Of a stretch of DNA of 64,000 nucleotides, positions 25,825-37,055 are shown in pieces (positions within the stretch are counted from its first letter, which is position 1; the number at the start of each line of letters is the position of its first letter). The stretch comes from Octopus sinensis. Taxonomy: Eukaryota. The stretch is from NCBI RefSeq assembly GCF_006345805.1, contig NC_042998.1, forward strand, positions 46,748,001 through 46,812,000, in the 5' to 3' direction. The translations under genes were made by a program, and so were the position numbers. Under the pieces are notes generated by a model. The model was not told the origin of the DNA, ran no database searches, and was given only the letters and a program-made list of their open reading frames with translations.

Positions 25825-26025
25825 AATAAGCACCAGGTCTGAAATTTTATGGGAGGGTCTAGTCAATTACACCGACCATAATACTTGACTGGTAATTTAC
25901 CAAACCCAAAAGCATGAGAGGCAAAGTAGACCGCGTCAAAATTTGAACTCAGTCCGTAAAGACAAATGAAATACTACTAAGCATTTTGTCCGGCATGCTA
26001 ACGATACTACCAGATTGCGTCTTAT
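25825..26025 (-). mobile_element. SINE family C (diverged)
   Basis: ggcaaagtagacc..aaatttgaactcag..gaaatactactaagcattttgtccggc. Confidence 0.7.
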
Positions 26026-26829
26026 TATATTAAGTAAGCGAAGGTCCTTTTTTTGTCATGTTCATAATTAAGGGCACCTATGCTTCAAGAATGTTTTCTG
26101 TCTGAAATAAATAGAAAATGTTTAAAGAGCATACATCAATTATTAAGTATACGGAAATTCAGCTAAAATATGATTAAAATACTATGATAAAATTGCATTT
26201 CAAAACACAACACTTAGAGCGGCCATTATTTGTGTAACAATCTAAAATCAACTTTGTGATGATAAATGGCAAAGTCGACCGCGACGGAATTTGAACTCAG
26301 AACGTAAAGACAGACGAAATACCCGCTAAGCATTTTGCCCGGCGTGTTAAGGATTTTGCCAGTTCGTCGCCTCACCATTCCAGGAATATTAACTGAAATT
26401 TAAATTTCAACGTAGTATCTACCAGACACTGCTCTTATCCATTGCGACAAAGTTGCCTCTCTTTCACTAACATTCAACAATTTACCGATTCCACCACATG
26501 ATCAGCAATGACCAGTAAGATTGAGCTTTACGTACCACCAGATATTAAAGATACTTCATCGGAATCCGTAAAGTCCTTATCACTCAGTTCCAGGGCCTTC
26601 GAATGATCAGAATGTCATATCGTTTGAAACATTTTGTAACACACGCCTGAGCAAACGATTAATATAAACTTCCGAGGGTAGTGTTAAGTTCTTTTTCTTT
26701 CGTTTGTACATAGAAAAACACACATACTCATTTACTCACACACACTCACACCTAAATGGTGTGTGTATAAGTGTGTGTATAAGAAATATGTGTGTATAAG
26801 TGTATGTGCGTGTGTAACGATACATGCAT

Positions 26830-26897
<68 letters not shown>

Positions 26898-26900
<3 letters not shown>

Positions 26901-27198
26901 CGTGACCGACCAGGCTCTCCGATGTTGCTACACATCGCTGATCACAATGCGCTTCTCATTCTTTTAGCCTTCAAATGATGCCACCCCGCTGGCTAAGCGA
27001 GCAGGCCAACAGAAGAAAGAGTGAGAAAAAGTTGTGGCGAAAGAGTACAGCAGGGATCGGCACCATCCCCTACTTAAGCCTCGTGGAGCTTTAGGTGTTT
27101 TCGCTCAATAAACACTCACAATGCAGGTATGGAAATCGAAACCGCGATCCTACGGCCGCTAGTCCACTGCCCTAACAACTAGGCCATTGCGCCTCCAC
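26898..27198 (-). mobile_element. tRNA-derived SINE family A, tail type 1
   Basis: Full head tgcgcctcca; tail caccgtgaccgaccaggct matches 140; flanked by (TA)n and (TACA)n. Confidence 0.9.
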
Positions 27199-27219
27199 AT
27201 ACATACATACATACATACA

Positions 27220-27307
<88 letters not shown>

Positions 27308-27349
27308 CGTAAATGTTTTTTGTGTTCAGTTATAGCAAAACAATCGTCT

Positions 27350-27517
27350 AAAATTTAGGGGAGCAGGATAGTCAATTACATCGGCCCCAGTGCTCAACTG
27401 GTACTCATTTTATCGACACCGAAGGGATGAAAGGCAAAGTCGACTTGGGCGGAATTTGAACTCAGAACCTTAAGCATTTCGCCCGGCGAGTTAACAATTC
27501 TGGCAGCTCGCTGCCTT
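27350..27517 (-). mobile_element. SINE family C
   Basis: ttatcgacaccgaagggatgaaaggcaaagtcgacttgggcggaatttgaactcagaac. Confidence 0.85.
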
Positions 27518-27812
27518 AAGTTATGACAAATTAATATAAACAATTTTACATTAATCTGATGCGTTACTCTATACTTTTGGTGAAAACAAAATTTTTTATT
27601 ATTAAATACGAATATTATTAACAGTGAATTCGAAGTTTCGGCTAGCTAAGACATCATCGAATTACAGCCCGTCGATGACTTAACTGGACGAAACTTCGAA
27701 GTCGCTGTAAATAATATTCTTATTTAAGAATAATAAATTTGTATTCAACAAGTGTATAGAGTAACCTATCAGATTAATGTAAAATTGTTTTTATTGCTTT
27801 GTCATAACTTAA
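27515..27812. repeat. Long imperfect fold-back (~135-bp arms) with hammerhead relics
   Basis: ttaagttatgacaaa..aaacaattttacattaatctgat..ttactctatac.. pairs with ..gtatagagtaacctatcagattaatgtaaaattgttt..tttgtcataacttaa; related copy at 57065. Confidence 0.8.
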
Positions 27813-27835
27813 GAATAGTCTTATTTAAAATAATT

Positions 27836-28150
27836 CTAGCCATTGGACCCGGCGTTGTTCGTATTTTCCATGTTGAAGTTTAGCCCACCTCTGATGTTGT
27901 ATTGAATAAGCATTTCCTTTGAAAAATAACATCGTTATGGGAATTTCCATTCAAACGCCCGATTGAGCTCACGAAAATCGATGTCAACTGAGCATTATCA
28001 AGTTTTCGAAAAATTCCGGCCTAATTTAAACTTCAAGGCATGTGATCGATCTATGATCCAAAACTCATTAAAATCGGTTGGACGATGTGTGAGGAGTTAG
28101 AGTAACCCCAAACACACAGACAGACACCATTACACATTTATGTATATAGA
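27836..28150 (-). mobile_element. Non-autonomous Helitron-like element
   Basis: Minus strand A|TCTATATACATAAA..gtctgtctgtg..ccgattttaatgag...cgaacaacgccgggtccaatgg CTAG; 5' TC and 3' CTAG termini. Confidence 0.7.
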
Positions 28151-28185
28151 TATGCGTGTGTATGCGTGTGTCTCTCCCTCTCTCT

Positions 28186-28281
<96 letters not shown>

Positions 28282-28569
28282 TAAGTAATTAGGGTTTAGC
28301 AACGATTTGCCTCACCACACACCGAATTTAGAAATAGCAGTCAAAGAGTTATGGCTATTCTTACTACTTTTAAGTAGTAAGAATAGCCATAACTCTTTGA
28401 CTGCTATTTCTAAATTCGGTGTGTGGTGAGGCAAATCGTTGCTAAACCCTTAATTACTTAATATTACTTAAACCTTCCTTGAATGGGGCTTTTACATGCC
28501 GAAATCTACTTGGTGAAATTAATGATTATTCCAAATTAATTAATTTCACCCTATATTATTATTGATAAT

Positions 28570-28570
<1 letters not shown>
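28282..28570. repeat. Near-perfect palindrome (79-bp perfect arms, TT loop) plus unique extension
   Basis: 28291-28369 is the exact reverse complement of 28372-28450; (TA)n on both flanks; shares motifs with arrays 1 and 2. Confidence 0.9.
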
Positions 28571-28605
<35 letters not shown>

Positions 28606-29044
28606 ATATTATATATATATATATATATATAATTATATATATATATATATTATATATATATGTACACATGAGCAGAAGGTAGAGAAAACTTTTGATGAAC
28701 AAACAATTTGACTGCCGATGACAGTCAATTTGTTTGTTGATCAAAATTTTCTCCATTTTCTGCTCATTTTCAATATGATCCCCGATAAACTCTCATTTAT
28801 TCTGTTATTACCTGTATCCCATCAGCATAGTATGTTTGCATATCCATGCCCAGGATTAACATATGTAATTTATACCGGTAGTAATAACGGATAATCTTAT
28901 CCCTTAGGCGGTTATTCCAACCGCTAAATCTACTTACCTATATACATACATATATGTGTGTGTTTATTGTATACACACACACACATACATATGTATATAT
29001 ACGTAAATGATTTTTGTGTTCAGTTATAGCAAAACAATCGTATC

Positions 29045-29168
29045 TAGTATAGGTACAAGGCCTAAAATTTGGGGGAGGGAGATAGTCGATTACATTGACT
29101 CCAGTACACAACTGGTACTCATTTTATCGACACCGGAAGGATGAAAGACAAAGTCGACTTGGGCGGCT
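29045..29168 (-). mobile_element. SINE family C 3' fragment
   Basis: ctggtactcattttatcgacaccggaaggatgaaagacaaagtcgacttgggcgg. Confidence 0.75.
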
Positions 29169-29265
29169 TACCTATATACATGTGTGTGTGTGCGTGGGGG
29201 GTTAGTCATTCGGAGGCATATTTACTTACCTACCTACCTACCTACCTACCTACCTACCTACCTAC

Positions 29266-29317
<52 letters not shown>

Positions 29318-29809
29318 TTATCTATATATCTATCTATATATCTATCTATCTATCTATCTGTATATATATGCACACACACATATACTCACACATACATATA
29401 TCAGCGTAGGACAGAAACGCCGCTGTATCGAGCTGGAATACGTTCTAGAATTTTTTCCTGTCAATATCTTATGTGTCTAGCTTGACCTTACCTATCATTC
29501 TTCCAGAGATAATTAATCAAAGTACTAGATAATTCGCCTAAAAAATCGTTGAATACACTGTCACAATGTAGCCGCTGTCTGATTGACACCGGTACAAGAA
29601 TGAGAATATGTGCCAATAAATATACTCATATGCAAGTTCATGTGTTTGGTGGACATTTATTTGTTAGCTCGTGTGTATTTGTTTGATTTTCATGCATGCG
29701 CACAAGAGTAAGTTCGCACGTGATTATGTGTGTGTGTGTGTGTGTATTTTTCTCAGGCTATCCACTTCTATTCTTTCCTTTTATTCGTCTTTTTCTGTTT
29801 TCACCCATA

Positions 29810-30193
29810 TCTCTCTATATATAAACGGCAGTTTGTCTGTGTGTGTTTCTGTGTGTCTGTTTGGTTGTACCCTCACCCTGACCACGGCTTTCAACCGATT
29901 CTGATGAAACTTGACACACACATAGCCCAATGTCATAATTCAAAACTAACGCAGCGAAAATTTTGAAAAGTTCCCCCAGTTCTGAAAAAAATCGATAAAT
30001 TCGACATGGGATCGTGAATCAGAAACACAAACCACAGACTGTCATGGGGACGCAACTCGACCTTTTTAACTCTCAAAAAAAATTTACCATCATTTTTTTT
30101 CCATTTTTTTGCTATTTTTTGGCTATAACTCTCTAAAAATGCTTTATAGTTATTTCCCTTACAAACCTGAGCAACGCCGGGCGATACTGCTAG
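29810..30193 (+). mobile_element. Non-autonomous Helitron
   Basis: A|TC..TATATATAAACGGCAG..ccgattctgatgaaactt...cctgagcaacgccggg hairpin, then gcgatactg CTAG|T: A/T insertion site, 5' TC, 3' CTAG. Confidence 0.8.
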
Positions 30194-30673
30194 TCATTTA
30201 TAATTCCGACAATATAAACTAGGTTCCTTGGCGAGTCGATGGGGGAAACATAACCGACAGAAAGACTCAGAAACAGTAATAGTTGCCCACCAATCTTGAG
30301 TTGTGGGTGAGAAGATAAGTTTAGGTAACTTCGATAAACACGAGCATGATAAAACTAACGAGTGGTGGCGGAAAGTATCAAACTACTTACTTCCTGTCTG
30401 TTTCTATGCTGTCTTCTATTTCTTTCTCTAAATCTGTACCTCTTTCACTAGATCACTTTTTCTTTCTCTGTATTACCTTCTCTATATCTCCTTCTCTTTC
30501 CTTACACCCTTTCTCTTTCTCTATATTTCTTTCTCTCCTTCTTTTCATATATATTTATCTGTTTCGCCCTCTCCTACTGTTTATTTACCTCTTCTCTTGT
30601 CCATTCTCTTCTTTCACATGTACGCAACCAAACAAACATACAGCGCATACATACACACACAATTGTTCAAATG

Positions 30674-30704
<31 letters not shown>

Positions 30705-31674
30705 GTGAATCCTTGCGGAATCATAAAGTTAACAAAATTACTGCAAGTATTCGCTAAGTCGTTAGCTTACCCTGCTCTGCTGTTTTTAATTGAAGAAATT
30801 GCGATATCCAACACTGTATCTGATATACTTTGTAAACAGAGAGTAATTTTCAAATAAAAATAGTGATTTGCACTGTTTGTTTATATAATATCGATAACTC
30901 ACATGTGATTCGTATTTCTGGAGGAAAATATTTGATCTTCTGCGCATACCACTCTCCATCCGTCCGTACATCGGAGGCAGCGAAACAGAAATAACTTGAC
31001 TATACGTTGTACTGGTGTTCGTTTAATCTGAATTAAACACTCCACGTCGGTAGAAATAGTTTCGTGTTACCCAATAACACCAAATTAATTTCTTATCGAA
31101 GAAATCTTCCGTTCAGTCTGTGTTGATGTGTGTGGAAACTATGTTATTTTGGTTATGGCTAATGTGACTATTAGTGTTTGTGCTTGTCTACAAAAAAGAG
31201 ACTTACGTTTTCATTAAAACGCATTTTTTTTTTCTTTTGTTACATTGTTTTTGTGTGACATGGCTTTTATTATTCTAAAACCTTCTGGTTCTAAATTTAG
31301 ATTGACCGCTGTTTCATTTATTTTGAATATTGAATATTTACAGTTCTGAAATCAAGTCTTGTTGAAATAAATGTAAATTTCTCCCACATTTAGTGGAAAC
31401 AAGTAAAATGATTCCTTGAGTTTTAGTATGACTTTGCAAACGAAAAACAAGTTTGAGCGATTCTCAATGAGAAATCTTGCAAATGGAGACAGGTTTTCAT
31501 GAAAAATACACACCGGAACGAATTTCAATATACGTCTTTGCGGAAACAGTACTTCTATGTGCTTCTTTATGCATAAAACTAGTGACAGTGAGGGTATCCA
31601 AATAGATGATTGCTCTTCAGTTGATAGACAGGCGGCATAACATATTTCGACAGTTGTAATTTATGCCTATATTG

Positions 31675-31865
31675 GTTTCAAATTGTGGCACAAAGCCAGC
31701 AATTTCGAAGAAGAGGATAAGTCGATTAACCGATACTTATTTTATCGACCCTAGAAAGGATGAAAGGCAAGTTCAACCTCGGCAGAATCTGTACTCAGAA
31801 TGTAAAAACGGACGAACTGCTACTAAGTATTTTTCCAGGCGGGGTAACGATCCTGCCACCTCGCA
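31675..31865 (-). mobile_element. SINE family C (diverged)
   Basis: ttatcgaccctagaaaggatgaaaggcaagttcaacctcggcagaat. Confidence 0.75.
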
Positions 31866-33407
31866 CGTTTAATTTCACATCTATGTTAGAATCTGTAATT
31901 CAGTCCAATGTGAATTTTTCTACGAGAACACACGGCTTGCTATATATAATCTCTTTCAAAATGTACACTGTTACTTACGTGGGATTACACACACAAAAAA
32001 ATGGTTGGGTAATTTAGACCCAGATACATTGTCTGAAAAAAGAAGTTGATATGGTCAATGAAGGATAACCTTTTAACACATGTTTGAGAAACTCTATCCT
32101 CTATATCCTTTCTCTTCTAAGGACAGCAGTGGGCAATAGAGCTAATACAAAAGTGGCTTTATTACGACCAAAGTGAGACGACTGGGTGCGACCAAAGTGA
32201 GACGACTGGGCGCGACTGTTAGGACTCTGACGATTTAGCAGTGCAGATTGGACATCCAAACTGTTTTTCGCCAACACAGTCTACTAACTGAACATGATTG
32301 ACGTAAACATTTCCCTTTTCCTCATATGCATAAACAGAGAGAGAGAGGGGGGTGTTCAGGGGGAAGGAACGAGGGAAACATTAAAATACGAGAAATATAA
32401 TGTCTAATGTCAAATAGGTCAGCGTCCAATCAGTGATGCCAAATAAGTGGCACCAAAACGGCTGTGCAAAAACGTCTCATATGCTCTGCGACTGTTGTGT
32501 TAAAATTTCCACATTCTTTCTCTAAGAAGAAGGACCAAAACAATGGATTTGTCACTTTTCACAGCAAATCAATCATTGTGTTTTTCTTCCAATGAGCTTT
32601 TATGTATCATAAAACAAATTATGCGTTCATCTTGGCTTGGAAAAAGGACACTTTCTGTGCAAATAAAACTGCGTGTTAACAAATGCTACTTTGTATAAGC
32701 TTAAACGTGCAGTTGAATCATAAGCTATAAAATCTAACATAAAGTTACCTTGATATGTAATTTGCAGAATATCTCCGACAGATCACAACACCATGGATTG
32801 CTACAAAACTCATTTCCTTTTCAATGCCAGAAGCCAAAATCCATCCCTAGCCACAACGAATAATGCCCTCCCAATCGACTTGCACCAATGAAGAGAACAG
32901 GGAGAACGAAAAAGAGCGGCAAATTATCGGGGTCAGTGAAGTAAAATACACACACAAAAAAGGACTCCTGTCGAAAAACTATTTCCTCAGCTCTATCATA
33001 AGAAAATTACAGTTGACGAAACATGTTGGGCTACCTGTCTATAAAAAATGATGAACTATCGTGTCATTTCAATGCACTTCCACAGCATTTAATCTTTCAG
33101 TTATGTATAAAATTTACTACTCATTGACTGAGAAAATTAAGATAAAATAAATATCATAAGAAGTAACATTTAAAGCGAAAGAATCATAAAAGCGGTACTT
33201 TAGCGTAAAAGATGTATATTGGAATCTGTTCCGATGTATGATTCCCAAGAAAATCTATTTCCATTTCCAAGACTTCCTATTGTATGATCAAAGAGGATTC
33301 ACTACACGACGAATAATTTCGAATTTTACAGTTTTGTAGAACAGCCAATGAATGTCAATTTGAACGTACTGTAAGCAGATGGAAAAGAAAGAAAAGATAA
33401 ATGTAAT

Positions 33408-33822
33408 GCGCAGGAGTGGCTGTGTGGTAAGTAGCTTGCTAACCAACCACATGGTTCCGGGTTCAGTCCCACTGCGTGGCATCTTGGGCAAGTGTCTTCT
33501 GCTATAGCCCCGGGCCGACCAAAGCCTTGTGAGTGGATTTGGTAGACGGAAACTGAAAGAAGCCTGTCGTATATATGTATAAATATATGTATGTGTGTGT
33601 GTTTGTGTGTCCGTGTTTGTCCCCCTAGCATTGCTTGGCAACCGATGCTGGTGTGTTTACTTCCCCTTCACTTAGCGGTTCGGCAAAAGAGACCGATAGA
33701 ATAAGTACTGGGCTTACAAAGAATAAGTCCCGGGGTCGATTTGCTCGACTAAAGGCGGTGCTCCAGCATGGCCGCAGTCAAATGACTGAAACAAGTAAAA
33801 GAGTAAAGAGAGTAAAAGAGTA
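33408..33822 (+). mobile_element. Bipartite SINE family D, best-preserved copy
   Basis: gcgcaggagtggctgtgtggtaagtagc..ggttcagtccca head; (TA)/(TG) linker; tail ggcggtgctccagcatggccgcagtcaaatgactgaaacaag; (AGTAAAAG)n end. Confidence 0.92.
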
Positions 33823-33876
33823 TTCAAAAAGATATTGATTTCAACTATGTGTAGCATTCCAGCAATAAGCAGATAA

Positions 33877-34305
33877 AGGATCGTTTCGGTTTGAACGGCA
33901 TTTTTTTCTAGCGGTGTCATATGAAATTGTCACCCATAATTATGACCCTAGTATCGATCTATTGCATTTCAATCTGTTTTAGGATTAGGATTAGTTAGGG
34001 TTAGGGTTAGGGGTGGGGGGGAAGGGTATCATTTTTTCTTCACAAATGTAAATAAACCCAATCTGTTTCTTACACGAAGGACATATTCATACGGCACAGA
34101 ATGTTTTCACTTCAATAGACGTCATTGATTGGTTGAAATTGCAGAAATTGAAGAAAAAACAAATATCTTACAACTATAGAATTTTCTCAATAAAGCCAAG
34201 AGAAAAAGATGTTTTATAAACATTCTACCAGTATACGAAGTTTAAAAGTGTTTAGTCACGTGGAAATTATTTTTAAAAAACTGCCGTTCAAACCGAAAAG
34301 ATCCC
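33877..34305. mobile_element. MITE with ~29-bp TIRs and internal TTAGGG-like repeats
   Basis: aggatcgtttcggtttgaacggcatttttt / aaaaaactgccgttcaaaccgaaaagatccc; ATAA flanks both ends. Confidence 0.8.
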
Positions 34306-34794
34306 ATAAATATAACCAATTCGTTAATCTACAAATATTTATGTTCAGAGGTTAATTACCAGGAGTTTATGAGCTTCTTCATAACTATTCATTCACAAGA
34401 AACGTTCACAAACGCCTTCCGAACTCATTATTTTGAGTGCTCAGGTGTGGAAGAAATTGATATGAAAATTAAATATCTCTAATTCTCTGTGTTCTGTTTT
34501 ATTATAATCTGGTCACAATGCTAAAGGACTGCCTGCTTTTGTTTACAAGGCCTTAAATCTATATTTCTGAAAAAGTTACCGAAGAAAAAATTTTCTGAAT
34601 TATAATTATGGCGGCGATATTGCTGGTTGGTATATAAGAGGAAGAATTGAATTAGTGGCTGCTTTAACTTCTATCGTTTCTATCCCCACTTCTACCATAG
34701 ACATTAGTTCAACAATTATCCCCAGCACTACGATCTCTACAACATACATACGTATGCGAATATACATTCACGCACATGTACATATACATACACA

Positions 34795-35097
<303 letters not shown>

Positions 35098-35989
35098 CAA
35101 AGAGAAGAGAGCGACAGAGAAAAAGAGAGAGTGAGTGAGAATGAGAGTGAATGTTTAAATGTCTAGATCCAGATACTACACCAATGGTCTTCTCTAAACG
35201 CAGCAGTTGCTTACTCACCTCATTCAATAATGAAATGCGAATAAAACATTAAAATCATAACTTACTGTTTTTTCAAACAGTAACAGAAATCAAATGCACC
35301 TAGATGAACGGAAGCTAGTGACCAAGTTTACGGCGTCTAATGTTACATTCTTTTGGTTTTCAAGTGTTGCCAAATAAGTTCATAAAAACCTGCTTATTGC
35401 TCTATGTGATTTTAGCAACTATTTTAGCAACTAGATAGTACAGAGTAATAAACTTTTAATGTTCAATATTTATGCTGTTGGAATTAGTACAAAGAAATAT
35501 GAAATATGAGGATTATGACAAAGTGATCGTGTATTTGGCAAATAAATAAATTTGTGTGTGGCCTCCTAAGAAACATCTGTGATCCTAAATACCCTACTTT
35601 TTTTCACGTGGCCCTTAGGGGGTATAGGGCTCTCGGTTGAGAGTCACTGACCCATATGGTTGCTCAACGTGAGAAAAGTAGATTCTGCTCCACTAAATCC
35701 CACCCTAAGTTCTTAAATAATAAAAGGACGTGTTAGATAATGTAGTTCAAATAACCTTAAAAGGACAGACTAAAACACAACGAAATAAGACAATTCACAT
35801 AAGGCTATATTCTATAAAAAAGACAAACGAAAACAGATGAATCATTGAAGTAATATGACGAAAATCACAGTGCTGCCCTCACAGACATGAAACTGATGAG
35901 GCAATAGAAACTCGAATGAGATTGTTGAAAACTTGATAATGATAATAATGCTGATTTCGGATTTTAACACAAAGGAAGCAAGGGATAGT

Positions 35990-36645
35990 AGATAGCATCA
36001 ACCCTAAAACTTGACTGGTTCTTTATTTCATTAACCTCGGAGGGAATAAAATTCAAAGTTGCCCCAGGTGGAATTTGAACTCAGATGACTCGAAGAAATA
36101 TTCTAAAGCGTTTTTCCGATGCTCTAACAATTCTACTATCTCACAACCGTTTTAAAATTATGAGGATTTCGCCACAACACTACCAGCGAATCACCACCTA
36201 ATAATAATAACCCTTTCTGCTAAGACCTGAAATTTTGGAGGAATGAACAAGTCGATTATATCGGCCTAATGCTCAACTAGAACCCTTTTTATCGAGCTTG
36301 AACTAATAAAAGGCAAGAAGCCAACCTCAGCAGAATTTGAATGCAGAGCATAAAGAACTGCAAGAAATGACCCTAGGCAATTTGTCCGGCGCTCTAACAA
36401 TTTTGCCAGATTGTTGCCATTAGTAATTATTTCTAAAATAGATACAAAGTTTGCAATTTAGAGGGGAGAGAGCTTCTGCATATACCACCGGTACCAGTAC
36501 TTGTTTGATACTTTATTTTATTGAACCCCAGATGAATGAAAGGCAAAGTCGACCTCGGTGGCATTCGAACTCAAAACGTAAAGACGATGAAATGCCACTA
36601 AGCATTTTCTCCTGTGTGCTCACGATTCTACCAGCTCACCTCCCT
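35990..36645 (-). mobile_element. Cluster of three diverged SINE family C copies
   Basis: Repeated 'gaatttgaactcag..' and 'aggcaaagtcgacctcgg' cores near 36060, 36320 and 36545. Confidence 0.65.
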
Positions 36646-36799
36646 ACAAAGCTGAGTAATTACAACGAATTACATATAATTTCTTTCAAATACACAATTA
36701 TATGAAACATTGAAACAAGATTGGATGGGATTAAAATGAATGGAATATGGCAACATTGATATAAACAGATTGGGGCGATACGTTATATAAAATAAAAGG

Positions 36800-37055
36800 G
36801 TAAAAGGGTAAAGACCCCCTTCGGTCATGAATGACCATGGGATTGCACCTAGAAAGTTACCCTCCTAGACACAAGTCCGGGCAAGGTTGTTTATGGAAGA
36901 CCAGCAGTCGCCCATGCATACCAGCCTCCACTCTCCACGCCACCAGTGTTATCCAAGGGAAAGACAAAGGTCGATACAGCTTGGCACCAGTGACGTCGCA
37001 ACTCATTTCTACAGCTGAGTGAACTGGAGCAACGTGAAATAAAGTGCCTTGCTCA
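36800..37055 (-). mobile_element. SINE with family-B core and a distinct tail (family E), head missing
   Basis: ctcatttctacagctgagtgaactggagcaacgtgaaataaagtgccttgctcaa core joined to the aaagacccccttcggtcatgaatgacc tail. Confidence 0.75.

Noticed and set aside
30765-31620. Non-repetitive stretch with minus-strand donor-like sites (GGTAAG near 30770, GTGAGT near 30900) as possible host exons or promoter
   Set aside because: No recognisable protein motif or consistent exon chain; needs RNA-seq.
32165-32212. 24-bp direct repeat cgaccaaagtgagacgactggg, two copies
   Set aside because: Only two adjacent copies with no spacer; a local tandem duplication.
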